The notes beneath the pieces were generated by a model. That model was not told the DNA's origin. It searched no databases and saw nothing but the letters and a program-made list of their open reading frames with translations. From an uncultured bacterium (GTDB lineage Bacteria > Krumholzibacteriota > Krumholzibacteriia > LZORAL124-64-63), in assembly GCA_963732385.1 (NCBI GenBank), contig CAVSZB010000008.1, forward strand, positions 403,012-467,011: 64,000 bases of DNA. The letters run 5' to 3'. Shown piece after piece: positions 19,886-29,147 of the stretch. Both the position numbers and the translations under genes were made by a program. Every line of letters begins with the position of its first letter. The first letter of the stretch is position 1.

Positions 19886-21334
19886 ATGGGCGCCGAAGGA
19901 CGACACTGGCGTGAAGAGTGCGGAGTGGTCGGCATCGCGGGCAGCCGCGAGTCGGCGCAGCTCGCCTGCCTGGCGTTGCACGCGCTCCAGCACCGGGGGC
20001 AGGAGAGCGCCGGCATCGCCGTGGCCGATGGCCACACGCTCGCCACCCACAAGGCGATGGGGCTGGTGGTCGATGTTTTCGGCGAGACGGCCCTGCGCTC
20101 CCTTTCCGGCACGAGCGCGATCGGCCACGTCCGTTACTCCACCACCGGTTCCTCGCATCTGCTGAACGCACAGCCGATCCAGGTGACGTCGCATCGCGGA
20201 TCGGTGGCGCTCGCGCACAACGGCAATCTTGTCAACGCGCAGACCCTGCGCCACCGGATGGAACAGGAGGGGTCGATCTTCAGCACGACGAGCGACTCCG
20301 AGATCATTCTCCATCTTATCGCCCGCAGCCGGGCCGACAGCATCGAGGAGGCGACGACCGATGCGCTGCGCCAGGTGCGGGGCGCGTTCAGTCTGGTCAT
20401 CCTGACGCGGGATCGCCTCATCGCCGCCCGCGATCCGCATGGTTTTCGTCCCCTCTGCCTCGGGCGCTGCGGCGACAGCTTCGTGATCTGTTCGGAGAGC
20501 TGCGCCCTCGACATCATCGGCGGGACCTACCTGCGCGAAGTCGAACCGGGCGAGCTGCTGATCGTGGGGGATGGCGAGCTGCGGAGCCATCGTCTCGCAC
20601 CGCGGGAGACGGAACGCTGCTGCGTTTTCGAGCACATCTATTTTTCCCGGCCCGACTCGCGGGTCTTCGGGCAGAGCGTGGACCGGATCCGTCGGCGGTG
20701 CGGCGAGATCCTGGGGGAGGAGGGCCCGGCCGCGGCGGACCTGGTCTGCTCCGTGCCGGATTCCAGCAACACCGCAGCTCTTGGCTATGCCGCCGTCACC
20801 GGCCTGCCGTTCGAGCTCGGTCTGATCCGCAACCATTACGTCGGTCGTACCTTCATCTCGCCGGCGCAGAAACAGCGCGACACGTCGGTACGCATCAAGT
20901 TCAATCCCGTCAAGGAGATCATCGAGGGCAAGCGGGTGGTTCTCGTCGACGACTCGATCGTGCGCGGCACCACCATGCGCAAACTGGTGAAGATCATCCG
21001 CGCCGCCGGCGCCGCGGAGGTGCATCTGCGGATCGCTTCGCCGCCGATCACCTATCCGTGCTACTACGGCATCGACACGCCCGTGCGCAAGGAGCTGATC
21101 GCCTCCAGCCACGAGGTCGGGGAGATCGCGACCTACCTGCGGGTCGATTCGCTGCGCTATCTGTCGCTGCCGGGGCTGTTGCAGGCCACCGGCGCCGGCG
21201 CACGGTACTGCACCGCCTGTTTCACCGGGGATTACCCGCTGCCCTTCGACGCCATCACGGACAAGGAGATCTTCGATCAGGAGGCCGGTGCCCGGGAGGT
21301 TGTCGTCGATCCCCCGGACCGGAGCCGATCGTGA
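19886..21334 (+). CDS. purF: Amidophosphoribosyltransferase (propeptide and Fe-S type)
   Basis: REECGVVG propeptide/Cys1, QHRGQESAG, GHVRYST, VDDSIVRGTT PRPP motif, CYYGID, CTACF. Confidence 0.96.
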   Translation: MGAEGRHWREECGVVGIAGSRESAQLACLALHALQHRGQESAGIAVADGHTLATHKAMGLVVDVFGETALRSLSGTSAIGHVRYSTTGSSHLLNAQPIQVTSHRGSVALAHNGNLVNAQTLRHRMEQEGSIFSTTSDSEIILHLIARSRADSIEEATTDALRQVRGAFSLVILTRDRLIAARDPHGFRPLCLGRCGDSFVICSESCALDIIGGTYLREVEPGELLIVGDGELRSHRLAPRETERCCVFEHIYFSRPDSRVFGQSVDRIRRRCGEILGEEGPAAADLVCSVPDSSNTAALGYAAVTGLPFELGLIRNHYVGRTFISPAQKQRDTSVRIKFNPVKEIIEGKRVVLVDDSIVRGTTMRKLVKIIRAAGAAEVHLRIASPPITYPCYYGIDTPVRKELIASSHEVGEIATYLRVDSLRYLSLPGLLQATGAGARYCTACFTGDYPLPFDAITDKEIFDQEAGAREVVVDPPDRSRS

Positions 21335-21361
21335 TCGCCATGACTGCGGAATTGTGAGCCG

Positions 21362-24076
21362 TTGAACCACAGGACCGGGGACGAACGTTATCGTCCCGAT
21401 GACCGCTACGCCGACCCGGCCGTGCTGGGCGCGCTCCTGGAGGAGCGCGTGCTGCCGCTGGTGGCGCGTCCCACCCGCTATCTCGGTGGGGAGATGGGCG
21501 CCGATCGCCGCCCCTGGGACCCTGCCCGCGCCAACGTGTTGCTCGCCTTTCCCGACGCCTACGAGATCGGGATGTCGCACACCGGCCTGCGCATCCTCTA
21601 CGCCCTGTTGAACCGCGACGACACCGCCTTCGCCGATCTCGCGTTCGCCCCCTGGCCCGACCTGGAGGCGCTGCTGCGCGCGGAGCGGATGCCGCTCTTC
21701 GGCCTGCAGTCGCGGCGCAGCGTCGCCCAGTTCGACGTGCTGGCCTTCTCGCTCGGCTACGAGTTGAGCTACACCAATGTGCTGACGATGATCGACCTGG
21801 CCGGCCTGCCGCTGCGCGCCCCGGCGCGGGGCGACGGCGATCCGCTGGTCGTCGCCGGCGGCGCCTGCGCGTCGAACCCCACGGTGCTCGCGCCCTTCGT
21901 GGATCTGTTCCTGACCGGTGACGGCGAGGAGTCGGTGCTCGATCTGGCTGCGAACGTGCGGGTGGCCAGGGCGGCGGGCGAGGGGCGCGCCGGCCTGCTG
22001 GCGCGATTGGGGCGGCTGCCGGGCGCCTGGCGCCCCGACGCGCCCGGTCCGGTCCGGCCTCGCGTGCTGGTCGATCTCGACCGCTTCGCGCCGCCGGTCG
22101 GGCCGGTCCCGATCACCGAGGCGGTCCATGACCGGCTCTCGGTCGAAGTGATGCGAGGTTGCGCGCGGGGCTGCCGGTTCTGCCAGGCCGGCCTGTTGCA
22201 CCGGCCGGTGCGCGAGCGCGATCCCGCACGGGTGGCGGCGGTCGCCGCGGCGGGCGTTGCCGCCACCGGCTGGAACGAGGTTTCGCTGTTGTCGCTCTCG
22301 ACCTCCGACTACGGCGGGCTGGCGGCGGCGGTGGCCGGCATCCGGCGGATCGCCGATCCCCGCACGAATCTGGTGCTGCCGAGCCTGCGCGTGGATTCGC
22401 TCGATCCGGAACTTTACGGTGAGATTTCGCGCGAGGAACCGGGCTCGTTCACGTTCGCGCCCGAGGCCGGCAGCCAGCGCCTGCGGGACGTGATCAACAA
22501 GAACGTGACCGAGGCGGAGGTGCTGGCCAGTGTCGAACGCGCCTTCGCTGCGGGGGCGAAGGGGACCAAGCTCTATTTCATGATCGGGCTGCCGACCGAG
22601 ACCGACGAGGATCTGCGCGCGCTCGTGGATCTGGTGCGGCGCATCGTCCGCTGTTCCCCCCGTGGCGGCGGGGCGATCACAGTTGCGATCTCGCCGTTCT
22701 CGCCCAAGCCGCACACTCCTTTCCAGTGGGCGGGACAGATCCCGCGCGAGGAGATCACGCGTCGCAACCGTCTGTTGGAGCGGGAACTGGCGCGACTGCG
22801 GGTGAAGGTCAGCCTGCGCGATGCTGAGGTGTCGGAGCTGGAGGCTCTGCTCGGCCTCGGCGACGGCCGCTGCGCGGAGGCAGTGCTGGCGGCCTGGCGC
22901 GCCGGCGCCCGCTTCGATGGCTGGAGCGAGTGGTTCAACGCTGCGCGCTGGACCGCGGCGTTCGCGGCGGCCGGCGTCGACACGGCGGCGTTGCTCGCGC
23001 CGCGCGATCCGGAAGCGCCCCTGCCGTGGGACGATCTCGACATCGTCGACCGCGCGTTCCTGCGCGCCGAGTGGGCGCTGGCCCGGCGGGGGGAGATTAC
23101 GCCCGATTGTCGCCTGGAGGGGGGCTGTGGCGGGTGCGGGGCCTGCTGCGGCGAGATCGGCCATGTGGCGGCGCCGCCCGTGGCGGTGGCCCCGGCAGTC
23201 GCCAGCCCCGGGGTGGCGCCGTTGCCAGCCTTCGATCCCCGCAACGCCAGCCCCGAGGATCCTGTGCAGGAGCGCCGGCGCTGGACGGTGTGGCGCGGTC
23301 AGGCTCCGGGCCGCTGCTGGCACCGCGCCGAGTACACGAAGCTCGGCCCGGCCCGGTTCCTGGGGCACCTCGACTTCCAGCGTCTGCTCCAGCTGGCGCT
23401 GCGCCGCGCCGGCGTGCCGGTGGCCTACAGCCTTGGCTTTCATCCGCATCCCCTGCTCAAGTTCGGACCGCCGCTGCCGGTCGGCGTGGAGGGGGAGCGC
23501 GAAGTGTGTGACGTGGCGCTCGATCGGCCCGATCCCGACTGGGTCGCGGTGCTCAACGCGGTCCTGCCCGACGGTGTGCGGTTGCGCGGCGCCGAGCCGG
23601 TCGGCCCGATCCTGCCCGAGTCGGTCGAGACCTGTGTCGGTCGTTTCGACTACGCGGCCGTGCTGGTGCCGCGGTCGGCCGGCGGTCCCGATCCCGCGGC
23701 CGTGCGCGAGTGCGTGGCCCGTTTCCTGGCGGCCGAAGCCTGGCCGCATGTCCGCCGCCGGGAGAAGGGCGATGTCGAGCTCGACGTTCGTCCCTGCGTG
23801 CCGGTTGACGGACTCCTGTCTGCAACGCACGGCGCGGCGCCGGGCGTCGGGACTGTTCTCACGTTTTCCATTCTGCGGCAAACCGGAGCCCCCGGTCTGC
23901 CGCCGCACGATTTCCTGACCGCCCTTTTGGGCGATCTTCTCCCCGAGCCGCGGCTGTGCCGCGTCCGGCGCACCGCCCTGCTCGGCCGCGATGCGGCGGG
24001 CCATTGGCGGACGCCGCTGGTCATGGCCGGGGAGGCCAACCGCAGACTATGGCTCCGGAAGCGCGTGAGCGCGTGA
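21362..24076 (+). CDS. Radical SAM protein (TIGR03960-like) fused to DUF2344/TIGR03936-like domain
   Basis: PTRYLGGE, FPDAYEIGMS, RGCARGCRFCQAG (CxxxCxxC), PKPHTPFQW, CRLEGGCGGCGAC; C-terminal FLGHLD...YSLGFHPHP. Confidence 0.85.
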   Translation: MNHRTGDERYRPDDRYADPAVLGALLEERVLPLVARPTRYLGGEMGADRRPWDPARANVLLAFPDAYEIGMSHTGLRILYALLNRDDTAFADLAFAPWPDLEALLRAERMPLFGLQSRRSVAQFDVLAFSLGYELSYTNVLTMIDLAGLPLRAPARGDGDPLVVAGGACASNPTVLAPFVDLFLTGDGEESVLDLAANVRVARAAGEGRAGLLARLGRLPGAWRPDAPGPVRPRVLVDLDRFAPPVGPVPITEAVHDRLSVEVMRGCARGCRFCQAGLLHRPVRERDPARVAAVAAAGVAATGWNEVSLLSLSTSDYGGLAAAVAGIRRIADPRTNLVLPSLRVDSLDPELYGEISREEPGSFTFAPEAGSQRLRDVINKNVTEAEVLASVERAFAAGAKGTKLYFMIGLPTETDEDLRALVDLVRRIVRCSPRGGGAITVAISPFSPKPHTPFQWAGQIPREEITRRNRLLERELARLRVKVSLRDAEVSELEALLGLGDGRCAEAVLAAWRAGARFDGWSEWFNAARWTAAFAAAGVDTAALLAPRDPEAPLPWDDLDIVDRAFLRAEWALARRGEITPDCRLEGGCGGCGACCGEIGHVAAPPVAVAPAVASPGVAPLPAFDPRNASPEDPVQERRRWTVWRGQAPGRCWHRAEYTKLGPARFLGHLDFQRLLQLALRRAGVPVAYSLGFHPHPLLKFGPPLPVGVEGEREVCDVALDRPDPDWVAVLNAVLPDGVRLRGAEPVGPILPESVETCVGRFDYAAVLVPRSAGGPDPAAVRECVARFLAAEAWPHVRRREKGDVELDVRPCVPVDGLLSATHGAAPGVGTVLTFSILRQTGAPGLPPHDFLTALLGDLLPEPRLCRVRRTALLGRDAAGHWRTPLVMAGEANRRLWLRKRVSA

Positions 24077-24099
24077 GCCGTGAAACGGAACGACAAATC

Positions 24100-25809
24100 A
24101 TGAAGAAAGAAATCATCATCAACTCCACGCCCCACGAGATCCGTATCGCCATCCTCGAAGACGACGAGCTGGTCGAACTGATGATGGAGCGCGCCGACGC
24201 GCGCCGCATCGTGGGGAACATCTACAAGGGCGTCGTCGCCTCCGTGAAGCCGGGGTTGCAGGCGGCGTTCATCGACATCGGCCTCGAGAAGGCAGGCTTC
24301 CTGCACGCCTCCGACCTCGTGCACGAGGATCCCGAGGATGACGAGGTCGATGCCCCGGCGCCCGCACCCGACCGGCGGCCCGAATGGCGCGATCGCGTGT
24401 TTCCGGACATCGGCAAGACCCTGAAGGTGGGCGACGAGATCCTCGTGCAGGTGACCAAGGAGCAGATAGGCACCAAGGGGTCACGCCTCACCGCGGATCT
24501 GAGCCTGGCGGGCCGTTTTCTGGTCCTGATGCCGAAGGGACACCGTGTCGGGGTGTCGCGCAAGATCGAAGACCGCCGCGAGCGCGTGCGTCTCAAGCAG
24601 CTCCTGCAGCAGGTGCGTCCCGACGAGGGGGCCTTCATCATCCGCACGGCCGCCGAGGGGATCACCGAGGAGCAGTTCCGCAAGGACGTTGATTACCTGA
24701 CCAACCTCTGGCAGGACGTCAAGCGGGCCAACGCCGCGCAGCAGGGTCCGGGCCTCGTGCACGAAGACGTGGGCATGGTCGTCGGTCTGATCCGCGACAT
24801 CTTCAAGGAGGATGTCGATGCCCTCGTGATCGACGAGAGCGAGGACTACGAGCGGCTTGTGAAGTACGTCCAGACCTTCGCTCCCGAACTGCGGCCGCGG
24901 GTGCGGGAGTATTCCGCCAGCCTGCCGGTTTTTGACCACTACGGCATCGAAACCGAGATCCGCAAGAGCCTCGACCGCCGCGTCTGGATGAAGAAGGGCG
25001 GCTATCTGGTGATCGAGCAGACCGAGGCGCTCGTGTCCATCGACGTCAACACCGGTCGCTTCACCGGCAAGCGCAACCAGGAGGACACGATCCTGCAGAC
25101 GAACCTGATCGCCGCGCACGAAGCGGCGCGGCAGGTGCGGCTGCGCGACCTCGGCGGCATCATCGTCATCGACTTCATCGACATGGATAACGAGGCCAAC
25201 AAGAAGCGGGTCCTCAACGAGCTGCGGACATATCTCAAGAACGACCGCGCCCGCACCAAGACTTTCGGGGTGAGCAATCTCGGGCTGGTCGAAATGAGCC
25301 GCCAGCGGGTGCGGCCGTCGCTGATCGCGTTCCTGAGCGACGCCTGCCCCTACTGCACCGGCATGGGCAAGGTGCAGAGCCTCGAGACCCTCAGCAATCG
25401 CATCGAGCGGCTCATCCACCGCGCCGTCACCATCACGCGGGAACGGCGGCTCCAGATCCAGGCCAACCCGACGCTGGCGCTGTTCATCCTGGAGGAACGG
25501 GGCGACCAGTACCGCGATCTCGCGCGCGCCCACGCGGTCGAAATCGATGTGCTCGACGATCCCGCGCTGCACCGCGAGGAGTTCCGGCTCCTCTCGCTCG
25601 ACACCGGGCGGGATCTGTCGGCCGAAGCGGAGAAACCGGTCGGCGTCTCTGCGGGAAGCCCCGGCGGCAATGGCGGGGGTGGCAGCGGTGGCGGCGGTGG
25701 CGGCGGTGGCGGCGCGAGGCCGCACGGACGTCCGCCCCTGCGCAGCGGCGGTCGCGGCGGGGGGCGGGGCCCGGCGCGCGGCGGCAGCCGCGGCGCACCC
25801 CGGGCCTAG
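24100..25809 (+). CDS. rng: Rne/Rng family ribonuclease
   Basis: GNIYKG S1 domain, AAFIDIG, IDVNTG, LRDLGGIIVIDFIDM, CPYCTG Zn-link; Gly/Arg-rich tail. Confidence 0.93.
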   Translation: MKKEIIINSTPHEIRIAILEDDELVELMMERADARRIVGNIYKGVVASVKPGLQAAFIDIGLEKAGFLHASDLVHEDPEDDEVDAPAPAPDRRPEWRDRVFPDIGKTLKVGDEILVQVTKEQIGTKGSRLTADLSLAGRFLVLMPKGHRVGVSRKIEDRRERVRLKQLLQQVRPDEGAFIIRTAAEGITEEQFRKDVDYLTNLWQDVKRANAAQQGPGLVHEDVGMVVGLIRDIFKEDVDALVIDESEDYERLVKYVQTFAPELRPRVREYSASLPVFDHYGIETEIRKSLDRRVWMKKGGYLVIEQTEALVSIDVNTGRFTGKRNQEDTILQTNLIAAHEAARQVRLRDLGGIIVIDFIDMDNEANKKRVLNELRTYLKNDRARTKTFGVSNLGLVEMSRQRVRPSLIAFLSDACPYCTGMGKVQSLETLSNRIERLIHRAVTITRERRLQIQANPTLALFILEERGDQYRDLARAHAVEIDVLDDPALHREEFRLLSLDTGRDLSAEAEKPVGVSAGSPGGNGGGGSGGGGGGGGGARPHGRPPLRSGGRGGGRGPARGGSRGAPRA

Positions 25810-26759
25810 GCGCCGCCGGGCGGGAGCGGATCGAGGCGGGCGCGCCACTGCAGGCGCGCCGTGGCCCACCAGAGTCGGGCCAGCGAGCGGTTGCGCGCGC
25901 GCTCTCCCGGGGCCACGCTGCGCCAGAGCGCCTTGGTCGCGTACTCCACGAACTGGGCCGCCCGGATGCGGATTACCGCGTCCGGACCCTCGTGCTTGGC
26001 CATGAACAGCCGGTAGCTGTGCTGGAACTGCTCCAGACGGAACCGCCCGGTCCGTTCCGCGGCGCGCCCTTCCAGGTGGATCACCCGCGTCGTCGCGCAG
26101 TAATACACCCGCCACCCCGCGGCCCGCGCCCGCCGGCACCAGTCGGTCTCCTCGAAGTACATGAAGAAGCGCTCGTCCAGCGGACCGACCTGCGCCAGCG
26201 CCTCGCGGCGCAGCATCAGACAGGCTCCGGTAACATAATCGACCGGCCCGCTTCCCGCGTCCGGGCCGGGGGCCACCCCGAGGCCGGACCGGCGCAGTCG
26301 CCCCGGCAGCCAGCGCCGGTGCGGATCGAGCAGCGCGAACAGGTGGAGGCGAGCGGCGGGAAAGTCGCCCCAGGTCACCGTGGGGCGTCCCCCGGCGTCG
26401 ACCAGCGTCGGCCCTGCGGCGGCCGCGTTCGGCGTCGCCATCAGGAAGGCGAACAGCGCGGCCAGCGAACCGGGCGGGCAGATCGTATCGGGGTTGAGCA
26501 GCAGCACCGCCCGCCCCGTGCAGTGCGGAAAGGCGAAGTTGTTGCCCCGGGCGAAACCGAGGTTCTCGCCTCCCTCGAGCAGGCGGCAGGCGGGGAAGTC
26601 GGCGCGCACCATGGCGGCTGAGCCGTCCTGGGAAGCATTATCGACCACGAGCGTTTCCGTGGCGAGCCCCGCCGTCGCTCCGGGCAGCGAAGCGAGGCAG
26701 GCGCGCAGCAACTCGCGCGTATTCCAATTCACCAGGACGATGGAGAGGTCCACGTTCAT
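25806..26759 (-). CDS. Glycosyltransferase family 2 (rhamnosyltransferase-like)
   Basis: SIVLVNWN, VVDNASQDGS, NLGFARGNN, LLLNPD, LDERFFMYFEETDWC. Confidence 0.9.
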   Translation of the reverse strand: MNVDLSIVLVNWNTRELLRACLASLPGATAGLATETLVVDNASQDGSAAMVRADFPACRLLEGGENLGFARGNNFAFPHCTGRAVLLLNPDTICPPGSLAALFAFLMATPNAAAAGPTLVDAGGRPTVTWGDFPAARLHLFALLDPHRRWLPGRLRRSGLGVAPGPDAGSGPVDYVTGACLMLRREALAQVGPLDERFFMYFEETDWCRRARAAGWRVYYCATTRVIHLEGRAAERTGRFRLEQFQHSYRLFMAKHEGPDAVIRIRAAQFVEYATKALWRSVAPGERARNRSLARLWWATARLQWRARLDPLPPGGA

Positions 26760-26772
26760 CCTGCCCGCCGTG

Positions 26773-27600
26773 TCAGTGCTGCCGGCGGCTGGCGCCGCGC
26801 AGAATTTCCTGCTCCTCGGGGGTGAGGCTCTGCAGCCCTTCGCGGGAGATCTTCTCGAGAATAGCATCGATCCGCTCACGGCCGTGCGTGCGCGGTTCGG
26901 GGCGGTCGGTGTCGATCACCCGGAAGCGGGCGCGCGCCTGGCGCTGGCGCCAGGAGGCGACGCCGCCGCGGTGCTGCAGCCCCGCCTTCAGCCAGATGTA
27001 GCCGAACAGCATGCCGCCCAGGTGAGCGAAGTGGCCGATGTTGCCGCCGGAGCCGAGCCAGGCGGCGAGCAGTTCGAGCAGGCCGAACAGGAGCACGAAG
27101 TAGCGCGCCTTGATCGGGATCAGGAAGTAGAGCAGGATCTCGCGGTCGGGGAAAAGCAGCCCGAAGGCGAGCAGCAGGCCGAAGATCGCGCCCGACGCTC
27201 CCACCAGCGGCGCCGTCGAGCCCCACGACGTGAGCGTATAGGTGAGCCCGCCCCCGAACCCGGTCACGAAGTAGTAGGTCAGGAAGGCTCGCCGTCCCCA
27301 GAGCGTCTCGATCTCCGAGCCGAACATCCAGAGCGCGAACATGTTGAAGAACAGGTGCCAGAAGCTGCCGTGCAGGAACATGTAGGTGGCGAACTGCCAC
27401 AGGTGCAGACGGGGAAGGGCGTCGGCCGGCACGAGGCCGAAGAAACCGATGAATGCGTCACCCAGCGACGACCGCGACAGGCCGAGCAGCCACTGGATGA
27501 TGAAGACCGTGATGTTGGCCGCCAGCAGGGCCCGGATCGTCGGGCTGGCCGACGGTCCGAAGCGCAGCAGGCCTCCGCCCATCCCGTACCGAGTTCCCAC
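26773..27600 (-). CDS. Rhomboid family intramembrane serine protease
   Basis: YMFLHGSFWHLFFNM, GASG catalytic Ser, AHLGG His, C-terminal IDAILEKISREGLQSLT. GTG start after GGAGGAG. Confidence 0.92.
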   Translation of the reverse strand: MGTRYGMGGGLLRFGPSASPTIRALLAANITVFIIQWLLGLSRSSLGDAFIGFFGLVPADALPRLHLWQFATYMFLHGSFWHLFFNMFALWMFGSEIETLWGRRAFLTYYFVTGFGGGLTYTLTSWGSTAPLVGASGAIFGLLLAFGLLFPDREILLYFLIPIKARYFVLLFGLLELLAAWLGSGGNIGHFAHLGGMLFGYIWLKAGLQHRGGVASWRQRQARARFRVIDTDRPEPRTHGRERIDAILEKISREGLQSLTPEEQEILRGASRRQH

Positions 27601-27836
27601 GCCGGCTCCTCCCGCGGCAACTGCGCCGCCGGTCACAACCTAGCACGCGCCGGGCCTGTCGTCAGCCGGAATCCGGGTGTCCGGGCCCCACAATTGAAAA
27701 GCCCTTTGCGCAACTAGGCGGCCGTGCTAGGTTCCGCGACATTCCCGAGGTACGACTTGGATTGACCTTTGGCTCCGCTGCGACCTTTCCTGGAGCCTCC
27801 GGGTCAATTCCCCGCTTCTCCGGACAAGGGGGCGAC

Positions 27837-29132
27837 ATGCGAAAGAGGTTCCTCCAGTTGGCGCCCGTGATGGGGCTCCTGCTCCTGGGCGCCGAACTGG
27901 CACATGCATCCGGCTTCAGCATCTATGAAGCCGGGTCCCGGGCCACTGCTTTGGGCTGCGCCTTCACCGCGACGGCGGACGACGGTTCGGCGCTGTTCTA
28001 CAACGCCGCCGGCCTCTCCTTCCAATCCGGCACCAGCGCCGGTCTGAACCTCATCGGTGTCGCGCCCCAGTTCAAGTTTGCCGGGCACCTCACCCAGGGC
28101 GACGCCCTGCAGACCGGCGAGGCCGAGAGCAGGGTGTACCTCGTTCCGGGTGCGTACTACACCGCCAATCCGGGGGGCAAATTCGCTTACGGCGTGGGGG
28201 TCTACGCACCGTTCGGCCTGGGTGTCGTCTGGAAGGACGGTGCCGATTGGGTGGGGCGCCGGATCAGCCACGACGTCTCGATCGAAACGATCTACGTGAC
28301 CCCGGCCATCAGTTGGATGGCCGCCGATGGCCTGGCCCTGGCGTTCGGTGTGGATGTCGCCCGGCAGAAGCTGGATCTGATCAAGTTCACGCCCGAACCT
28401 TCGTTCGGCACGAACGCCATCGAGACCGAGATCGCCGGCACCAGCAAGCTGAACGTCACGCCTTCGCTCGGCGTTATGTACCGGCCGTCGCCCACGCTCT
28501 CGTTCGGCGCCATGTACCACTTCGAGAAGACCATGAAGTTCGAGGAGCAGGACGCCACTCTGGACAACGTTCAGGCGGACGGCGAAACCTGGGCCGCCAC
28601 GCTGCTGGCCGGGCTCGGCGGCAGCAACCAGATCGTCTCCTCCGAGCTGAACCTGCCGTCGATGATGTCGCTCGGCATGGCCGTGCAGGTCTCGCCCAAG
28701 CTGCGCGTCGAGGGCGACTACGTACGCTTCGGCTGGAGCACCTTCGAGAAGCTCGACCTGGACTTCACGAATGACAACCTCGACCAGGTGATCCACTTCA
28801 ACTACGAGGATTCCTGGCAGGTGCGGTTCGGCGCCGAGTTGCAGGCGAGCGAAGCGGTCAGCCTGATGGCCGGCTATGTGCACGACAAGACGCCGCAGCC
28901 GCTGCGCGCCGTCAGCCCTCTGCTGCCCGACAGCGACCGCAACGACTACTCGATCGGTGTCCGCCTCCGCCGCGGCGCCTGGGATCTCAACGCCAGCTAC
29001 ATGGTGGTCGTCGGCACCGCGCGCACCAACGTCGAAGACGGCGAACCGCTGCGCAACACGACCGACTACCCGTTCGGAACCTACAAGTCGCTCGCCAACC
29101 TGTACGGCGTTGGCATGCAGTACAACTTCTAG
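27837..29132 (+). CDS. FadL/OmpP1 family outer-membrane long-chain fatty acid transporter
   Basis: Signal peptide then SGFSIYE...ALGCAF...ADDGSALFYNAAGL (FadL NPA-like), alternating beta-strand pattern, LPDSDR, C-terminal YNF. Confidence 0.85.
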   Translation: MRKRFLQLAPVMGLLLLGAELAHASGFSIYEAGSRATALGCAFTATADDGSALFYNAAGLSFQSGTSAGLNLIGVAPQFKFAGHLTQGDALQTGEAESRVYLVPGAYYTANPGGKFAYGVGVYAPFGLGVVWKDGADWVGRRISHDVSIETIYVTPAISWMAADGLALAFGVDVARQKLDLIKFTPEPSFGTNAIETEIAGTSKLNVTPSLGVMYRPSPTLSFGAMYHFEKTMKFEEQDATLDNVQADGETWAATLLAGLGGSNQIVSSELNLPSMMSLGMAVQVSPKLRVEGDYVRFGWSTFEKLDLDFTNDNLDQVIHFNYEDSWQVRFGAELQASEAVSLMAGYVHDKTPQPLRAVSPLLPDSDRNDYSIGVRLRRGAWDLNASYMVVVGTARTNVEDGEPLRNTTDYPFGTYKSLANLYGVGMQYNF

Positions 29133-29147
29133 AAGGAGGTGCAGGAA

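Noticed and set aside
19778..24004. 1408-aa minus-strand ORF, and similar long antisense ORFs at 7737-10160, 10214-12814, 27804-30515 and 34348-36762
   Set aside because: Stop-poor antisense frames are expected in high-GC coding DNA; they show no recognisable motifs and fully overlap well-supported genes.
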